Positions 59,787 to 64,000 of a stretch of 64,000 nt of DNA are shown here, in pieces. The notes under the pieces were generated by a model. The model saw nothing but the letters and a program-made list of their open reading frames with translations. It searched no databases and was not told the origin of the DNA. The position numbers were made by a program, and so were the translations under genes. Origin of the DNA: a bacterium (GTDB lineage: Bacteria > SAR324 > JACQKK01); contig OZ251219.1 of NCBI GenBank assembly GCA_965240465.1, positions 1,535,139 through 1,599,138 on the forward strand. Reading direction: 5' to 3'. Each line of letters starts with the position of its first letter. Position 1 is the stretch's first letter.

Positions 59787-61166
59787 CTAGCGTTCAATCA
59801 GCTTGACCCGAGCATTGTACCAATTGAGCAAGGATGATGTACAAAGGCTAAGCGTAAGATAAAAAAACATGGTTATCGCAATTACCTCTATCGCCTGACC
59901 ACTCTGATTAAGTGTCGTCCCACCCACATTGACTAACTCAGGATAACCTATCGCAATCCCAAGGGAAGAATTCTTAGTTAAATTAAGATACTGGCTAGTC
60001 AATGGGGGTATCATTACCCTAAGCGATAAAGGCAAAATCACAAAACGCATGGTCTGAATATTAGTATGCCCCAAAGCACGAGAAGCCTCTATTTGACCTC
60101 TATCTACCGATTGAACACCACTACGAAAAATCTCGGCTATGAAAGCCGAAGTATAAGCCACCAGTGCCAACAACATAGCCGTATACTCTGGAGAAAGAGA
60201 CCACCCACCTTGATAATTAAAACCCCTTAACTCAGGAAACTCCCAGTGAAAAGGAACACCAAATACAATCACCGATAACGTCGCAGGAACCACCACCATT
60301 GCCACCGATAACCAAAACCAAGGCGGCTCACGCCCCGTCTCCTCTTGTGTCAAACGACAACGACGACGCCAAAATCCCACCGCAACTAGTCCTCCAACAA
60401 TAGCCAGAAAAAACTCGCCCATCCCGCTCTGAGGCAAAGGACCAGGCATCTGTAAGCCACGATTGTTAAGAATAAATACCCCCGCGGTTAAACTCTCTCG
60501 CACCCCCGGCAAAACGCTCAACACCGCCTTGTACCAAAAGAAAATCTGTACCAAAAGAGGAATGTTACGCAACATCTCAATATAACTAGCCGCTATCTTA
60601 GAAACCAGCCAATTGGAAGATATACGTGCTAAACCAACCGATAATCCCAATACAGTCGCTAAAATACACCCTATTAAAGATATCTTTATCGTATTCGCTA
60701 GCCCAGTCAATAATGCCAAACCATAAGAACTAGTTTCATCGTAAAATCGAAAAGTAAAAAAATCTGCCCCCAAATAAATGACAAATAAAGGAAGTCCACC
60801 CACCAAAACTACCACCGTAAATAAGCTCCAAGTACTACTACCTAAACTCTCCCCCCGAACTGCTAAATAACGCCTCAATAACCATGTCAGCCCCAAACCT
60901 AAGACAAAAACACCTAAAAATGTCCAAAAAGCTCCTCCCAACTCAAGCAATGGCGGAGTCTCACCTACACTAAATCCCGCCTCATCACTTAAAAAACCTA
61001 GCCCCGAACTAATATTCTGCTCTCTTAACCTCCTAGAAGCATTGGAAAACAACATCCATGCCAACCCCCCTAACGCCAGCAAAGTCGCTAACTGATAACC
61101 CCACCCCCATAAACGCTCATTGTATACCCCCCAGCGTAAAATATTAAATCTGTCTCGCTGCTTCAA
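59787..61166 (-). CDS. aapQ: General L-amino acid ABC transporter permease
   Basis: GFL...AGF, RNIPLL, AFIAEI.RSG and YLNLTKNSSL motifs; TTG at 61166 after GTGAGG preferred to 61199. Confidence 0.9.
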   Translation of the reverse strand: MKQRDRFNILRWGVYNERLWGWGYQLATLLALGGLAWMLFSNASRRLREQNISSGLGFLSDEAGFSVGETPPLLELGGAFWTFLGVFVLGLGLTWLLRRYLAVRGESLGSSTWSLFTVVVLVGGLPLFVIYLGADFFTFRFYDETSSYGLALLTGLANTIKISLIGCILATVLGLSVGLARISSNWLVSKIAASYIEMLRNIPLLVQIFFWYKAVLSVLPGVRESLTAGVFILNNRGLQMPGPLPQSGMGEFFLAIVGGLVAVGFWRRRCRLTQEETGREPPWFWLSVAMVVVPATLSVIVFGVPFHWEFPELRGFNYQGGWSLSPEYTAMLLALVAYTSAFIAEIFRSGVQSVDRGQIEASRALGHTNIQTMRFVILPLSLRVMIPPLTSQYLNLTKNSSLGIAIGYPELVNVGGTTLNQSGQAIEVIAITMFFYLTLSLCTSSLLNWYNARVKLIER

Positions 61167-61179
61167 TCTAACCTCACAC

Positions 61180-61223
61180 AAAAAAACCCGCCTCAGCAAC
61201 TGGAACCAGAGATGAGGCAGGTT
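61180..61223 (-). terminator. Intrinsic terminator or attenuator hairpin between aapJ and aapQ
   Basis: AACCTGCCTCA...TGAGGCGGGTT followed by a T-run on the - strand; second copy at ~63247-63290. Confidence 0.7.
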
Positions 61224-61248
61224 AAACGCCTAATCGATCCTACCCATT

Positions 61249-62265
61249 CTAACGAATAGGAGGAGCATACAACAATCCGCCCTTGCTCGCCAACTGATTG
61301 AGACCACGCTCCAAGCGTAAAGAAGTTTTTGATCCTAAATTACGCTCAAAAATCTCACCATAATTGCCAGACTTGGCAATCGCTTTGACCGCCCAGTCTT
61401 GTGGCAAACCAGCATCCGGACCAAATGAACCAGTCTTACCTAACATACGCTGCACTTCGGGATCTTTTGAAGAACGAGCTATCTTACTGACATTCCTACG
61501 GGTAATACCCTTTTCCTCAGCGATAATGGTGGCATTCAATACCCAGCGAACAATGTCACTAAGCTGTTGATCGCCTTGTGCTACTGCAGGACCTAAAGGC
61601 TCTTTGGAAATAATTTCTGGTAAAATCACGTACGCTTTTGGATTCTTAAAACCAGAACGATGTCCTGCTAAACCAGAAGCATCGCTAGTATAGGCATCAC
61701 AACGACCAGCTTCAAAAGCAGCCGCGACATCATCTGCACGTTCCAACACTACGGACTTGTACTTCAAACGGTTGGTACGGAAATAATCAGACAAATTAAG
61801 CTCCGTAGTAGTTCCAGCCTGAACACAAATAGTAGCTCCGTTTAAGTCTTTCGCACTCTTTACGCCACTCTTACGACGAACTATAAAACCTTGTCCATCA
61901 TAATAATTAACACCTAGAAAATCTAAGCCCATCTTGGTGTCGCGGCTCATTGTGAAAGTAGTGTTGCGGAACAACAGATCTACCTCACCCGACTGTAAAG
62001 CAGTAAAGCGATTCTTCGCAGTCAAAGGTACAATCTGCACTTTCACTCCGATAGCTGCTGCCACAGCACGACAAAAATCTACATCAAAACCTTGACGTAT
62101 ACCTTTCTTGTTGGTGGAAGAAAATCCGGGCAAACCCTCCGAGACCCCGCACTTTAAGCCTCGCTTTTTGATGTTTTTAACCTTGCTACCAGCATTAGCA
62201 ACTCCAGAACCGTACCAAAGCAGTACCAAAGACAGCGATAATAAAATAATCTTTCTCATAATCAT
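61249..62265 (-). CDS. aapJ: General L-amino acid ABC transporter substrate-binding protein
   Basis: GFDVDFCRAVAAA, RFTALQSGEVD, YYDGQGF, ISKEPLGP and GLLYAPPIR motifs. Confidence 0.95.
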   Translation of the reverse strand: MIMRKIILLSLSLVLLWYGSGVANAGSKVKNIKKRGLKCGVSEGLPGFSSTNKKGIRQGFDVDFCRAVAAAIGVKVQIVPLTAKNRFTALQSGEVDLLFRNTTFTMSRDTKMGLDFLGVNYYDGQGFIVRRKSGVKSAKDLNGATICVQAGTTTELNLSDYFRTNRLKYKSVVLERADDVAAAFEAGRCDAYTSDASGLAGHRSGFKNPKAYVILPEIISKEPLGPAVAQGDQQLSDIVRWVLNATIIAEEKGITRRNVSKIARSSKDPEVQRMLGKTGSFGPDAGLPQDWAVKAIAKSGNYGEIFERNLGSKTSLRLERGLNQLASKGGLLYAPPIR

Positions 62266-62469
62266 AAACCTTTACACAAAAAAACCGAACCAGGGCTGTT
62301 AGCCTCAGTCCTCTAAACACCCCCTCCTATGCTCTACTAAATTAAAAAATGATTTGCAACTATTTTTTTATCTAAATAAACAGGCAGATTTTGTACCAGC
62401 AACTTAATGGCAACTTAGATAGAATTAAAGATGAAATGCATCACGCGGTAGCCCAGTTTTTAGATACTA

Positions 62470-63300
62470 AAGCTAAGGGAATTGGCGAAGGATGATAATC
62501 GGTTTTTTTGGGGTTATCAGTGCTTGGTTTTTCTTGAGGATTATCTTTTTTACTAATTTTCCGATGCAGATATTTCGAGATACGTTGTATTTATCCAGTG
62601 GCTGTGATCGGTGGATAGGGGTTCTACCAACAAGTAGGAATGATTGTTTCGCAGTCTGGAATGTTGGTGTTTTAGGGGAGGTACCGTAATATCTGTTGTT
62701 CCCTGCCGAATATTTTGGATAATATATTCTTCCTGTCCCTTCCATTCTTTTTAATAAGCTCCAAGTACTACTACCTAAACTCTCCCCCCGAACTGCTAAA
62801 TAACGCCTCAATAACCATGTCAGCCCCAAACCTAAGACAAAAACACCTAAAACTGCAAGGTATGTTTGTGTTATTGGCGGCGGGTTGTAATGAGTCCATA
62901 ATGTTTATTCAAGTAGTTTGCTATGCGTTGATATGGGTAGCGGCTTGGTACAATAGGCGATTGGCAGATGATTCTTTACGGTGTGGTTCTTTATGGTTGG
63001 AGGGCTATGCACTGGGAGCGGAGTCTCACCTATCCTAAATCCCGCCTCATCACCTAAAAAACCTAGCCCCGAACTAATATTCTGCTCTCTCAACCTCCTA
63101 GAAACATTGGAAAACAACATCCATGCCAACCCTCCTAACGCCAGCAAAGTCGCTAACTGATAACCCCACCCCCATAAACGCTCATTGTATCCCCCCCCCA
63201 GCGTAAATTATTAAATCTGTCTCGCTGCTTCAAGCTAACCTCACACAAAAAAACCCGCCTCATCAACTGGAACCAGAGACGAGGCAGGTTAAACGCCTAG
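62470..63300 (-). pseudogene. Broken aapQ duplicate interleaved with foreign gene fragments
   Basis: 62752-62852 copies ~60820-60920 and ~63019-63300 copies ~60954-61232, with a C-tract frameshift; the intervening DNA is unrelated. Confidence 0.8.
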
Positions 63301-63366
63301 ACCGATCATCCTGCCCATTCTAACAGAATAAGCAAGTCAAACGCCTACTAGGCCGCTTTGCCCATT

Positions 63367-64000
63367 CTAACGAATAGGAGGGGCATACAACAATCCGCCC
63401 TTGCTCGCCAACTGATTGAGACCACGCTCCAAGCGTAAAGGAGTTTTTGGTCCTAAATTACGCTCAAAAATCTCACCATAATTGCCAGACTTAGCAATCG
63501 CTCTGACCGCCCAGTCTTGTGGCAAACCAGCATCCGGACCAAATGAACCAGTCTTACCTAACATACGCTGCACTTCAGGATCTTTTGAAGAACGAGCTAT
63601 CTTACTGACATTCCTACGGGTAATACCCTTTTCCTCAGCGATAATGGTGGCATTCAATACCCAGCGAACAATGTCACCAAACTGTTGATCGCCTTGTGCT
63701 ATTGCAGGACCTAAAGGCTCTTTGGAAATAATATCTGATAAAATTACGTACGCTTTTGGATCCTTAAAAACAGAATGCTGTCCCGCTAAAATAGAAACAT
63801 CGGCAGTATAGGCATCACAACGACCAGCTTCAAAAGTAATCGCGGCATCATCTGTACGTTCCAACACTACGGACTTGTACTTCAAACTGTTGGTACGGAA
63901 ATAATCAGATAAATTAAGCTCCGAAGTAGTTCCAGCATTAACACAAACAGTGGCTCCGTTTAAGTCTTTCGCACTCTTTACGCCACTCTTACGACGAACC
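63367..64000 (-). CDS. aapJ: Second aapJ paralog (5' part outside window)
   Basis: Near-identical to the 3' part of the first aapJ; frame open to the window edge. Confidence 0.9.
   Translation of the reverse strand, partial: VRRKSGVKSAKDLNGATVCVNAGTTSELNLSDYFRTNSLKYKSVVLERTDDAAITFEAGRCDAYTADVSILAGQHSVFKDPKAYVILSDIISKEPLGPAIAQGDQQFGDIVRWVLNATIIAEEKGITRRNVSKIARSSKDPEVQRMLGKTGSFGPDAGLPQDWAVRAIAKSGNYGEIFERNLGPKTPLRLERGLNQLASKGGLLYAPPIR

Noticed and set aside
62473-62829. 118-aa ORF as a real gene
   Set aside because: Chimeric read-through from an aapQ fragment into unrelated out-of-frame sequence

Overview
A 64-kb bacterial chromosomal segment, mostly housekeeping genes: proS 3' end, mtnK, ndk, rmuC, ispB, folE, galE, thiL, ruvB, rsmA, fbaB, a ychF-like gene, hutH, atpF'FHAGD, lolC/E, sucCD, ispD, gspD and aapJQMP. 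The deltaproteobacteria-type atp layout, a secreted ankyrin protein and two GLUG/TSP3-like surface lipoproteins suggest a host-associated marine bacterium, possibly SAR324-like (inference only). Unusual points: (1) a sawtooth G/C skew that resets at most transcription-unit boundaries every ~2-5 kb, with a different short tandem repeat at many of those boundaries; (2) an orphan ~250-nt highly paired, possibly pseudoknotted non-coding element (36910-37162) beside an AT-rich promoter/palindrome block and a frameshifted 2-TM (SLATT-like) gene; (3) low-GC defence-type cassettes inserted between ATP synthase genes, with the putative toxic partners broken and the protective partners intact; (4) an Hpy188I-like GIY-YIG R-M pair; (5) a lone low-GC histidine decarboxylase; (6) a duplicated aapJ whose changes cluster around likely ligand-binding motifs. 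No rRNA, tRNA, CRISPR array, transposase or reverse transcriptase was recognised. All family calls come from motif recognition, not database searches.
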